Notes under the pieces: model-generated
Database searches by the model: none
Told to the model about the DNA's origin: nothing
Seen by the model: only the letters and a program-made list of their open reading frames with translations
Made by a program: the position numbers and the translations under genes
Shown: positions 1-11,064 of the stretch, one piece after another
How positions within the stretch are numbered: the first letter of the stretch is position 1
Layout: each line of letters begins with the position of its first letter
Source of the DNA: Eledone cirrhosa
Taxonomy: Eukaryota
Direction: 5' to 3'
Length of the DNA: 64,000 nucleotides
NCBI GenBank assembly: GCA_964016885.1
Contig: OZ024740.1
Span: 284,270,001-284,334,000 of the forward strand

Positions 1-558
1 ATTTATGATCCCCATCAGCATTTTTCTATAAATAAATAAACATGTTTCAGAAGCTTTTTACAACGAACATTCACCAGTAAATTGCCATTACTATATTAAT
101 AAATATGATTGTAAATGGAGAGATATCAAAAAAATGTCAGGCATGGTTGAAGTAGAAATGACAGAAGTTGTTAATAAATGCTGTGAATAATAAAATTAAT
201 GTGAAGAGTACCACAAATGAATTGGCATTAACAGCTGATAATAATTAATATGGATTTGTGAGAAGACAGAGAGATAGTGAGGGAGTGAAGAAATAATATT
301 GACACTAAATAAATCAGATTTTAGTTCCCATAATAGAGCCATAAATTTTTCCAGTAAAAAATGTTTTTCTAAATAAGGACAAATGTATGTAATAGGCTAT
401 AAGATGTGATTCTACCACATGTAACAGAGTATTATATATATTTTATTTAATATGAGAAAAGTTGGTCTGAATTTAATTCCAAAGATTCGCACTGCAACAG
501 TTTTCATTTAATGCCTACCAAATGGACTTTCAGAAATATGTTTAGAGCTTCCTTAACA

Positions 559-780
559 TTACCCCTTTAAGCATTTACATTACTCTATATGTACTATTGT
601 ATCTTTGTGGTAAATATCTTACATAATTATCTCACATATCGAATCTATGAGATTTTGATGTTATTTATTTTGAGAACAATACCATAACATAAGTCTGAGT
701 TGCTGGTTACAGCCGGTTTGAACAAAAAGAGGTGAGAGAATTCTGGCTGGATATGGCCAGTTTAAATTCTAATGAGTTAA
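559..780. mobile_element. piggyBac-type MITE, degenerate copy
   Basis: Decayed TIRs (TTACCCCTTTAAGCATTTA ... TAAATTCTAATGAGTTAA); body matches six other copies in the window. Confidence 0.75.
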
Positions 781-1162
781 AGAGAACTACAGATTTCGAA
801 GTTATGATTGAAAAGTTGAAATGACAAAAAAAAAAAATAATATACTTTTCGGTTTACATGAGATTTGTATATATATATATATGACATATATAGATGTATG
901 TATATATATATATGTATATGTGACGTGAATGTTGATATTTAAATTTGTGCATATAGCCATATTTCCTTCTCATTTCCAGCCCACCTGCCCCACCTCCACC
1001 ACGTTTGGTATACATGCCCGATGCTGTATGATAACGACTCGCTTGTGAATATATTATCGAGCAGACAAGGGTGGATGGAGGCTCCATAAGCCGTAGTGTA
1101 GGCAACCTGTCTAGAAGAGCTACCACTCCGAATAAATTGGTGCGGGATAGAGAAATCCCCTA

Positions 1163-1410
1163 AATCCAGTAAGACAACTTCCCTAGTGCTGGTGGCACGA
1201 ATAAAAGCACCCAGTCCATGCTGTAAAATGGAGGGGTGGATAGGGCCTCTGAGTCCAGTAAGACAACCTCTCTAGTGCTGGTGGCACGAATAGAAGCACC
1301 CAGTCCAAGCTGTAAAATGGAGGGATGGATAGAGCCCCTGAGTCTAGTAATACAACCTCTCTAGTGCTGATGGCACAAATAAAAGCACCCAGTCCAAGCT
1401 GTAAAGTGAT
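1163..1410 (+). repeat. 89-bp tandem repeat x~2.8 in RTE 5' UTR
   Basis: TC(C/T)AGTAA(G/T)ACAAC...CTAGTGCTG(G/A)TGGCAC..AAGCACCCAGT recurs at 1165, 1254 and 1343. Confidence 0.9.
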
Positions 1411-1461
1411 GCTGGTATTAGGAAGGGCATCCGACCAGTATATATACTACTGCCAAACACT

Positions 1462-4400
1462 ATGAACGCAACAAATGAAATTTGCAACAACTGCATAAAC
1501 AGCAATAACACTAACTATGTTAGGGCTGCACATGGTAGTGGGGTGGCTAGTGAGGCCATGTGTGAGAACCCCACGACCGTCATCAGGCAATCGCATAAAA
1601 ACAACTATGTAAACAGCAATAACACTAACCATGTTAGGGCTGCGCATGGTAGTGTGGTGGCTAGCGAGGCCATGTGTGAGAACCCCGCGACCGTCATCAA
1701 GCAATCGCACAACAGGAAAAAGAACGAGACGTCGCATCTCAGAGTTGCCACACTTAATGTTGGCACTCTAACAGGTAGATCTGGTGAGATAGCGGAGATG
1801 CTGGAGAGAAGGCATGTGGATGTGTGCAAGAGGTAAGATGGAGAGGTGCCTCTGCAAGCCTAATCGCAGGCAAACATTGTAGTTATAAGCTTTTCTGGGT
1901 GGGTAATGATGATGGCTTAGGTGGAGTGGGCATATTACTGGCTGAGAGATGGATCAATAAGACAATAGAGGTAGTTAGAGTTAGTAATAGAATAATTAAG
2001 CTTAGATTAGTTGTAGGCAAGAGACTACTGATGATCATCTCTGCCTATGCTCCCCAGGCGGGCCTAGGTAAAGAAGAGAAAGACTGCTTTTACAAGCAAC
2101 TTTTACAAACAGCCTCAATGACAGAGGACAGAAACATCATTATGCTAGCAGGGGACTTCAATGGACATGTTGGACAGCTCCAGGATGGATACACTGGGAT
2201 ACATGGTGGGCAAGAAATGAAGAAGGAGTGAGGCTTCTTGAATTTTGTGATGCAAATGCACTAACCATTTGCAACACTAACTTCCAGAAGCCTACCAACC
2301 ACCTAATAACCTACAAATCGGGTGAGCACATAAGCCAGATTGACTTCTTGCTAGTTAGATAGCGAGACAGACAGATGGTGTCAAATACTAAGGCATACCC
2401 CGGGGAAGAATGTATCCCACAGCATAGGTTAGTCATTAGTGACATCTCAGTAAACATGAGAAAGAATGAGACATACAGGAAGGAAAAGAAAGGTCTGGAA
2501 GCTAAAAGACCTTTCATTAAAATACGAGGGCAATCCCAAAAGTAAGGTCTCCTTCCTATATTGCAACTTTTCCATTAAAATCCTGTGGATGGTGCTTCGG
2601 GAAACCTCAGGAACCAAAATGCAGAGAGCATCCAGAGTGATCAGCCAATCTTTATGCATGTTTTCCTCAGAAGGAAACCTTACTTTTGGGATTGCCCTCT
2701 ATATAATAACTGCACAAAATTCCCACTTGGCGGTAGCGTTCAACGGGAGCTCCATTCTCAACGGCTGCCAAACCAAGATTGAGCATCCCAGCAAAGCGCG
2801 CACATGCTTGTTTGGGAGTGAAGGAAGCACCAATCACAACAGTGTTGCCAACAGCCGTACGAACAGTTTCTCTGCGTCCCCATCGCTTTGGAGACCTTAC
2901 TTTTGGGATTAACCTCGTATAAATTTAGCAAAGCCCTTCAAGACGTGTATGACAAAAAAGAAGACGATTTAGAGTTGTATGACATAGATGATAACTGGAA
3001 TTTCTTGCGTGACAACTTACTGCATGCTACTGAAGAAACTTGTGGTTGGAGCAGAGCTTCAACCAGACAGAGAGTGACCTGGTGATGGAACAGAATGGTA
3101 GATAGGGCCATTAGAGACAAAAGACTGGCATGGAAGGCTTGGAAAAATGATGGGAGTAGGGAAGGATACACAGCCGCTAAGAGAGAAGCTAGACATCAGG
3201 TGTACTTAGCACGCAGGGAGGCTGAGAGTAGGAGGATTGCCAATGTTCTGCGATGGGAAGATCAGAGACATGCGGTGTTCCACATTGCAAGGCAGTGTGT
3301 CAGTGCAAATCAGGATGTTTCAGGAGATAAGTGTGTCCGGAATGATGCCGGTGTACTTAGTGTCATGAATGATCAAAAAAAGGAGGCCTGGAAATGTCCC
3401 TATGAGAGACTGATGAATGTGGAGAACGAATGGGAGAGAGAGAAATTACCACCAGTAGACCCGACAGGGACCAGCTATTGATACAAAATAGGGTACAAGA
3501 GGCAATTAAGGAAATAAAGAATGGTAAGGCTGGTGGACCATCGTGGATAGTTGCTGAGATGCTGAAGGCATCAGGGGACGTAGGCACTAAACTGGTTGCA
3601 AGCATCATCAATCAAGCTATATATGGTGGTGTCATACCCAAAGACTGGTGCAGCAGTATTCTCATAAATTGCTACAAAGGTAAAGGGGATACTCTAGAGA
3701 GGAACAATTATAGGGGCATAAAGCTGATGGATCAGGTTATGAAAGTGGCAGAGAGAATATTAGCGTAACTGATTAGAGAAAGGATCAAATTAGATGAGAT
3801 GCAGTTTGGTTTTGTGCCTCGGAAAAGTACAACAGATGCCCTCTTCTTAGTGAGGCAACTACAAGAGAAGTTCTTAGAGAAGAAGAAGCCACTATACATA
3901 GCTTTTGTTGACCTAGAGAATGCCTTTGATAGGGTACCCAGATCTGTCATCTGGTGGTCCCTAAGGAAACTAGGTGTAGAGGAATGGCTTGTGAGGACAG
4001 TGCAAGCTATGTACAGGGGTGCTGTCAGTAAAGTGAGAGTAGGTATTGAGTTTAGTGAGGAATTCCAGATACAAGTAGGTGTACATCAGGGTTCGGTCCT
4101 CAGCCCGCTCTTGTTCATTATAGTCTTCCAAGCCATAACAAAGGAGTTTAAGACTGGATGCCCATGGGAACTTCTCTATGCTGATGATCTAGTTCTTATA
4201 GCAGAATCAGTAGAGGAGCTAGAGAATAAATTCTGGCTATGGAAACAGCAGTTGGAATCAAGGGGACTGAGAGTGAACATAGCTAAGACAAAAGTGTTGA
4301 TAAGTAGAAGAGAGGACAATACTCTGATTCCATCAAGGAAATGGCTATGTTTGATATGTAGGAAAGGAACTGGCATAAATTCCATAAAATATATGCAATA

Positions 4401-5145
4401 CAGATCTTGGGTACACAAGAGATGTAGTGGGATAGCAGGCAAACTAACAGGTAGGGAAAACTACGTATGCAGTAGATGTACAGGGAAAGTTGGCAGTAGT
4501 AATTGCAGTGATAGACACATTTTTCCAATGCAGGTGAGTTCTATAGAAGTGGTTGATAGCTTCTGGTACTTAGGTGATCAGATTAGCATGGGAGGAGGTG
4601 TTCCGAAGCCATAGTATCTAGAATAAGGATGGGTTGGAAGAAGTTAAGGGGGCTGATTCCTCTGTTGACAAAGAAGGGTTTCTCCCTGTGTATGAAAGGA
4701 CAGTTATAATATGCCTGTGTGAGATGCGCAATGCTGCATGGTAGTAAGATATGGGGAGCAACTGCAGAGGATATACGACGGCTGGAGGGAAATGAAGCAA
4801 GTATGCTCCGTTGGATGTGCAATGTCAATGTGCATGAACGATCAAGCATAGACGAGTTGAGAAAGAAACTGGGTATAAGAGGGATAAGTTGTGGTGTGCA
4901 GGAGAGAAGGCTGAGATAGTATGGACATGTGATGCGCATAGAGGATGACCGCTGGGTGAAAAAGTGCCAAGAAATCCCAGTAGAAGGAAGACGCAGTAGA
5001 GGTAGACCACGAAAAACATGGGCAGAGGTGATGAGAGCAGATCTGAGATCGCTGAAACTCACCGACGAAGGACCGTGACAAGTTGAGAGATGCTGTGCTG
5101 AATAGGACCTGTCCAACCCTTGCAAGCAGAGAAAAGCGGATGTAA
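1462..5145 (+). pseudogene. RTE ORF (APE endonuclease - RT - PHD-like finger), disrupted
   Basis: Motifs VATLNVGTL, ISAYAPQ, AGDFNGHVG, NNYRGIKLM, QFGFVP, FVDLENAFDRVPR, GVHQGSVLSP, LLYADD, RGRPRKTW; frameshifts, stops and a mariner insertion. Confidence 0.92.
2525..2917 (-). mobile_element. deleted mariner derivative inserted in the RTE ORF
   Basis: 28-bp TIRs CGAGGGCAATCCCAAAAGTAAGGTCTCC with TA duplication (2523-24, 2918-19). Transposase scraps MELPLNATAKWEFCAVI and EVSRSTIHRILMEKLQYRK. Removing it restores the RTE frame (..LSLK-YKFSK..). Confidence 0.88.
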
Positions 5146-5511
5146 AATAATGATGATGATGAAAAATAACACAACAATATTTACAAATAAATAGTCTATT
5201 GTTGAGACTGATAAACTGAAAGCTAGCTGATTCGACTTCCATATATACATATATTTATATATATATATATATATATATATGAAAGCACAATAATATTTTG
5301 ACATACATTAATGTTATGAGAACTTAAAAATATAGCAAATTCATAGAATTATATTTAATGATATTCAGTCTATGAGGACAGAAAAACATGTTTGTTGAAT
5401 GAATAAAAAATAATTAATATTTTAATTAAAAAATTTAGATGTTAGGGAAAAAAGCCGTTTAAACAGCAGTTTAAACTTTACAACCAGTGTTTATTGTTAT
5501 AATAATATTAA

Positions 5512-5701
5512 TTGTTTCTACTATTGGCACAAGGCCAGCAATTATCCCAGTGTATTACTGGTACTTTATTTTATCGACCCCCGTAAGGATGAAAGGCAAA
5601 GTTAACCTCGGCGGGACTTGAACGCAGAATAGCAAGGGCTGTAACTATGCGTCAAAGCATGGCGTCCGACCCTCTACCGATACTGCCAATTGACCGCCCC
5701 T
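5512..5701 (-). mobile_element. tRNA-derived Nin-domain SINE (short form)
   Basis: A box TGGCAGTATCGG, B box GTTCAAGTCC, core GCCTTTCATCCTTACGGGGGTCGATAAAATAAAGTACCAG, (ATT)n tail. Confidence 0.8.
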
Positions 5702-5722
5702 AATAATAATAATAATAATAAT

Positions 5723-5943
5723 AATTGTTTCTACTTTAGGCACAAGGCCAGCAATTTGAAGGGGAGGGGGAATGTCAATTAAATCGACCCAGTGCATTAG
5801 TGGTGCTTTAATTTATTGACCCCGTAAGGTTGAAAGGCAAAGCTAACCTCGGCAGGATTTGAACTCAGAACGTAAAGGGCCATGACTCTATGTCGCTAAG
5901 CATGTTGTCCAATGCTCTATTGATTCTGCCAATCCACCACCCT
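5723..5943 (-). mobile_element. tRNA-derived Nin-domain SINE (long form)
   Basis: Same head and core plus an extra GTCGATTTAATTGAC..CCCCTCCCC segment. Confidence 0.8.
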
Positions 5944-5961
5944 AACAATAATAATAGAAAT

Positions 5962-6915
5962 AGTAATCTCTTTATTAGCGACACAGGGCTCACATTAAGG
6001 AAACTTTAAAGATGGTACAGGACAATACAGTGTGGGTTTGTTTTTGTTTTAGTTTTTTTTGTATGAAATAAAATTCATAACAGAGATTAAGAAAATAAAT
6101 ATAAATTCCCTAAAGGCAAAGAGACTCCATGGGTCACTCGTAGAAAAATCCCACAAAAGCCACAGACACCCTATCCACTAGGGCAAAGTGCCCTCTCCCA
6201 ATAGTTCTCCTCCAATCTACAGGTGTATGCTCAAGGCAGACCCATTTACATGGACCATGCTTGCCACTCTCAGCCCCTTTCAACAAACTGGTGGAAGGCA
6301 GCACTTCTCTTGCCACCTTGATTTTCCTCTTGAAGAGAAACCTGAAAATGTTAATCAGGGCTTCACCAAAGAGGAAGATGGCTATCTTCAACCCTTTCAA
6401 ATGTGTCCACCACACAACCTCTTTTGTCATGGTCACCAGGCAGATAAAAACTGCCTGTCCTTTTCCTCTAAAGGAAGACGATGGGTTGATTTTCACAATG
6501 GAGTCAGCTGATAGTCAGATCCGTCCTACATGTGACAGCAGGTGCTCAACAGAAACCCACAGGTCAACGATACTCAAACACTCAATGCGTGCATGTAAGA
6601 TGGTTTCATCGCTATGCACACTCCTCATACAGGCCCAGCTGATGGCAATTCCATGCCTATAGAGTTTATCTCAAACTGGCAAAGCTCCTCAGTAGCACTG
6701 CCAGGCCAGGGATTTCTGGAAGTTGTCCATGAGTTTAGGATAAAAAATCCTCTAGCAAAGAGTGACTAGTTGATTTTCATCAATGCCCAGAGTCTCCCCA
6801 AGGAAGTAATTGCTCTTATCCTCCACTAACCCTCTATAGAATGCTAAGGTAGAGTTTCAACCAATCGGAGCGTTTGACTGGACGAGGGCTGTAAGTGCCT
6901 GAAGACATTCCAGTC
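5962..6915 (-). mobile_element. L1/Tx1-clade LINE 3' fragment
   Basis: Degraded ORF2 C-terminus (ALPV.DKLYRHG..C....ETILHARIEC...LW..., EVVWWT..KG, FRFLFKRKI); AATAAA near 5970. Confidence 0.65.
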
Positions 6916-8981
6916 TCAATAATAGGAGCCCAAACAGTTGCAACAGTATAAAATTAGTCTTAACAATCAATCTAAATTTTATCTTACAGTAAATGTTCTG
7001 AATTGTATTATATCACACACACACACACACACAATGTACCACACAGATGAACAAACAATAATATATAGAATAACCTTGAATTGAGTTCAGAAGGGCATCC
7101 AGTCATAAAACCATGTCAAATTAGAACATATGAGCAAGATGTGGTCGACCAAACCAACTAAGAGGGCAGTAACTCCAAATAAGAACTAACTCAGACCATG
7201 ACAACTTGCACAAACCAACCCAACATGGACAGCAGACAAAATTTTAATGGTGATGGTAATGGCACCAGGGATGATGGTGATGTAGAAATTAGTCATAGTT
7301 CTTGTGCACTGAGATTTTGTTTTTGTAGATTTGATGTCTTTGTATGAAGACCAAAGTAACTTTCTAAAATCCAACAGTGTTGGATTCAGTAACAATTATT
7401 TGTACTCTTGTTTTCTTTCAGCTGAAAGTTAATCTTATAAGCAAAGATGTAATAACAGTAATTGGTAGTTTATAACATTAATACACTGACCAGCACAGAA
7501 CTGTGTTGGATGCTTTATGGTTTCGTTACACTAAGATATACATTAGAGGACATAGTTCTGATTTATTGCACAACATAAGAGGATTTACAGCAACACAACA
7601 GATAATTACTATTACGTTTATTGCTTGCAATGTCAAAAGGAATGGAGATAATTCTAAGTAGCTTGGGGGATTTATATTGTTAACAGAGATTCCCAACAGA
7701 TTCATAACAGTTTTGTACTTCTTTTGTGAGTTAATAATGGACATAAGAGCAAGAAACACAGTTTTACCACTACAAAAATAAGCAAGCCATTATATCATTA
7801 CAAGAAATCTATTTCACTAAGATATCAAAGAAATGAATCGCAAAACCAATACAATATTGATAAAGAACTAGTGAGAATAGCCCAAAGGTAAAAAAATACA
7901 CTTTACTGAACACAATCAATCTGATAAGCAAATATATCCATATATATCCATATATATATATATATGTGTTTGTATGTGTGTGTATGCAAGCATGGAAAAG
8001 AGGGGGTAAAAGGAGGAGGAGGGTGATTAATATATATATGCATGTATATGTGTGTGTGTATATATTAAAGACAAAATAGAGTAAGTAAAACTATATTAAT
8101 AACACCTACACAGACATGCCAGGGGAATTAACAACATCAACAATTTGAGAATAACTATGAAAAACTATCACGCCATGTAAAAAGAAAGAAGTAATCATTA
8201 TTCTGCCTACAAGGCAATTAGAAGAGATGCTATGGTAAAAAATATTGTGAAACCTAATTAGCTGCACACACTACTTCGCTGAAGATAGAAAATAAGTTTA
8301 TAAAATCATAAACATTACAGAGCACAGAAGAAAGGAAAATTACAAACAGAAGTATTTAGAAGAAAAATAGAAACAAAGGAATGTCAAGCTTTTGTTACAA
8401 GAACCACAAAAACGTTCTAAATAAATTATAAGGAAGACTATTCAATATTGCATGCAAAATATCAAATTAAATATATGTTCAGCTCCTATGATCAATAAAT
8501 AGACTCCTTGAAATATTTATGTTTTGGTTTAATACTTAACTTCCATTTTTCAGTACAACTTAAACTAAGATGAATTACACAAAATTTGTGGGGGGGTTAA
8601 AGCTAGATGGCCTTCTTAGTCCTAAACAGTTAACTATGATCTAGGAGAAGCTAATTTAGGAGCCTCTACAGGGCTGATGGATCAGCTAGAATTAGCAGGT
8701 AAATCTTCTTCAAAAGAACTCCATAACATCATAAAAAGAAAATAATACTTGAAAAATTCAATCCTAACAGTAATATGTCAGAAAAAAAAGACAAAACGAC
8801 CATGGTTGGATTATGGTTAAATATTGTGAGGTTGACAGAAAAATACAGAGACTAACCCCAAGAATACAAGTTCAAAGATGATAACTTCACATGAAGCAAT
8901 AAAAAGGTCAAAAAAGCAGGTGTATCATAGAACAAATATTAGGCACAAAGGAACAAAATAAAATCCCCAAAGCTCACTTAA

Positions 8982-9199
8982 CCCTTTAGCATTTACATTA
9001 CTCTATATTTACTATTGTGTTTTCATAGTAAAGGCTTTACCTCACATAATTATCTCACACATTGAATCTAAGAGATTTTGATATTATTTATTTTGAGAAC
9101 AATACCTTATCATCAGTATGAGCAGCCTGTTATGGATGGTTTGAATAGAAATAGCTGAGAGAATTCTGGCTAGATATGGCTAGTTTAAATGCTAAAGGG
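8982..9199. mobile_element. piggyBac-type MITE
   Basis: TTAA|CCCTTTAGCATTTA ... TAAATGCTAAAGGG|TTAA; perfect TIRs and TTAA duplication. Confidence 0.88.
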
Positions 9200-10619
9200 T
9201 TAACATATCTTTAATCACTGAAAAATACATAACACAGAAAACAGGAAATAAAATCCTATTATCTTAAAAAAGGACACATTAGATAATGTAGTCCTAGATG
9301 TACAAATACAAATAATCTTGAATCAGCGCTGACACTGGGTTAAGCAACAACAAAGACATTAAAAAAACAGACAGAACAGTTGATAAAATGCAACATATTC
9401 AGGTTGAAACACAGCATTTCATATGATGAACAACTCCATGTCAAAGTACACAGTATGGTCTTCAACTTGGATTAACATGGTATATCTAAAGAACTGTGTC
9501 TGTGGTTCAGACATAGAAACAGTTATTTAACCAACTATTAACAAACCACAGATGTGTTTTATCAAGACTAACCAGGGCTACACAACAGCAAGACGCCAAT
9601 ACTTAGAAATAGAGCCTGTTGTCTGTCAGGCTGTCTAAAACAAATGTAAAAATGTATGTGTGGTTATAAATAAAATATAATAACTGTAATAAGACTAAGT
9701 TTTGACCATGTGATTAGCTTAAACTCACAACAACATTTATAAGAATCCAATTAAAGTATCAGGATCTGCTATTGCCTAGGTAATAATGGTATGGTAACTA
9801 TATAGTCTATCAAGATAAATTTGTTGGATTTAACTATTCTACATGGCTCTTTCCCACCATTTTCATCTTTGTAGGTGTAAAATCAAAGGGATAAATACAT
9901 TGGATTATTTGATTTCATAATGTCTTTATACTGTACAGCAATATGTTACTTGAGATTTTATTTCAGCATATTTTACTTTAAAAAAAAAATCAATGTTTTA
10001 CCTTTCATTAGCGAAATATTCTAAATGTAAAATGGGTAAATTCAGATAGGATAATGTTTTGAATATTAGCCATCAGAACCAATAAATATCACATGACTAG
10101 GACAATATCAGTTAGAATTATCGATAAGGGAGAAATCACTAAAAGGCTATTACATTATATCTATCCAGTCATCTCCCTTCCCACGTAGATCGATAAAAAG
10201 CCATCAAGTGTTGTATGCTATAAAAGCAATCATGTAGCTTGAGAAGTAGGGAAAGGAAAATTTAGGATTAGCAAATGACAAATGTTGATATCTAGTAAGT
10301 ATACATTAAAAAAAAAACTATTCAAAGTGCCTGGCAATAAAATGATACTACGGGCAATAGCAATCTAGATTACACTTGTACAGTTAGGAAAAATACTTTT
10401 TTAAATTACCTTAAATGTTGTGGTGGAGGCAGATAAAATATGACTTCAGTCTTGTTTCAATACATTTGACAAAAAGAAAATGTGTATACATTCATATGTG
10501 TGCCTGTGCACACATTTATACATGCAGCTATATGGATTCTGTGTCAGTTTCAAAGAATGAGTGTTACAGTTTTTCAATCACAGATCGACCTCTTCATTGT
10601 ATGGATTGTAAATGATTGA

Positions 10620-10826
10620 GGATTCTACAGACACTGGTACACTTAACACAATATTCAAGCAGACTCAGCGTGACCCTGTGTGAAAGTAGCTAACTTTTCA
10701 AATTGCAAGTACCATTAATTCAACAGACTTCCAGTTTCTGTCTGCCCAATTTCACACATATAGCTTGAATCAACCCAAGGCTAGGGTAGAAGATACTTGC
10801 CCAAGGTAGCATGTAGAGGAATTGAA
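10620..10826 (-). mobile_element. degenerate tRNA-headed SINE (second family)
   Basis: Shares GAAGATACTTGCCCAAGG..GGA(A)TTGAA segment with copies at about 23300-23445, 24420-24585 and 63180-63450. Confidence 0.5.
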
Positions 10827-11064
10827 TATATATATATATTTGTGTGTGTATATATATATCATCATCATCATCAGATCGAGCTTGCTCGGCTTTCTACGAC
10901 ACGTTTCCTCCATCCATCTCTGTCTCTCATAGCGTTTGCCAGTTCTTCCGCAGTGCATCCAGTATCATCCTCAGCCATATATAAATATATATATAAGTGC
11001 ATCTATAAAGAAATATATATATGATGTGGGTAATAATAAATATTACCCAGTAACAAGTATGAAC

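Larger units (their letters stand above)
960..5162 (+). mobile_element. near-full-length RTE-clade LINE
   Basis: 5' UTR with tandem repeats, APE endonuclease, RT and a (TGA)n tail at 5150-5162; 5' boundary approximate. Confidence 0.9.

Noticed and set aside
5640-5700. tRNA-like A and B boxes, here and in other copies
   Set aside because: SINE heads followed by the Nin core; no complete cloverleaf.
8060-8470. A-rich stretch resembling a decayed PLE RT thumb
   Set aside because: Too degraded to support a call.
9600-9633. Possible terminal exon (SLTDNRLYF*) after a minus-strand acceptor
   Set aside because: Too short, with no supporting upstream exons.
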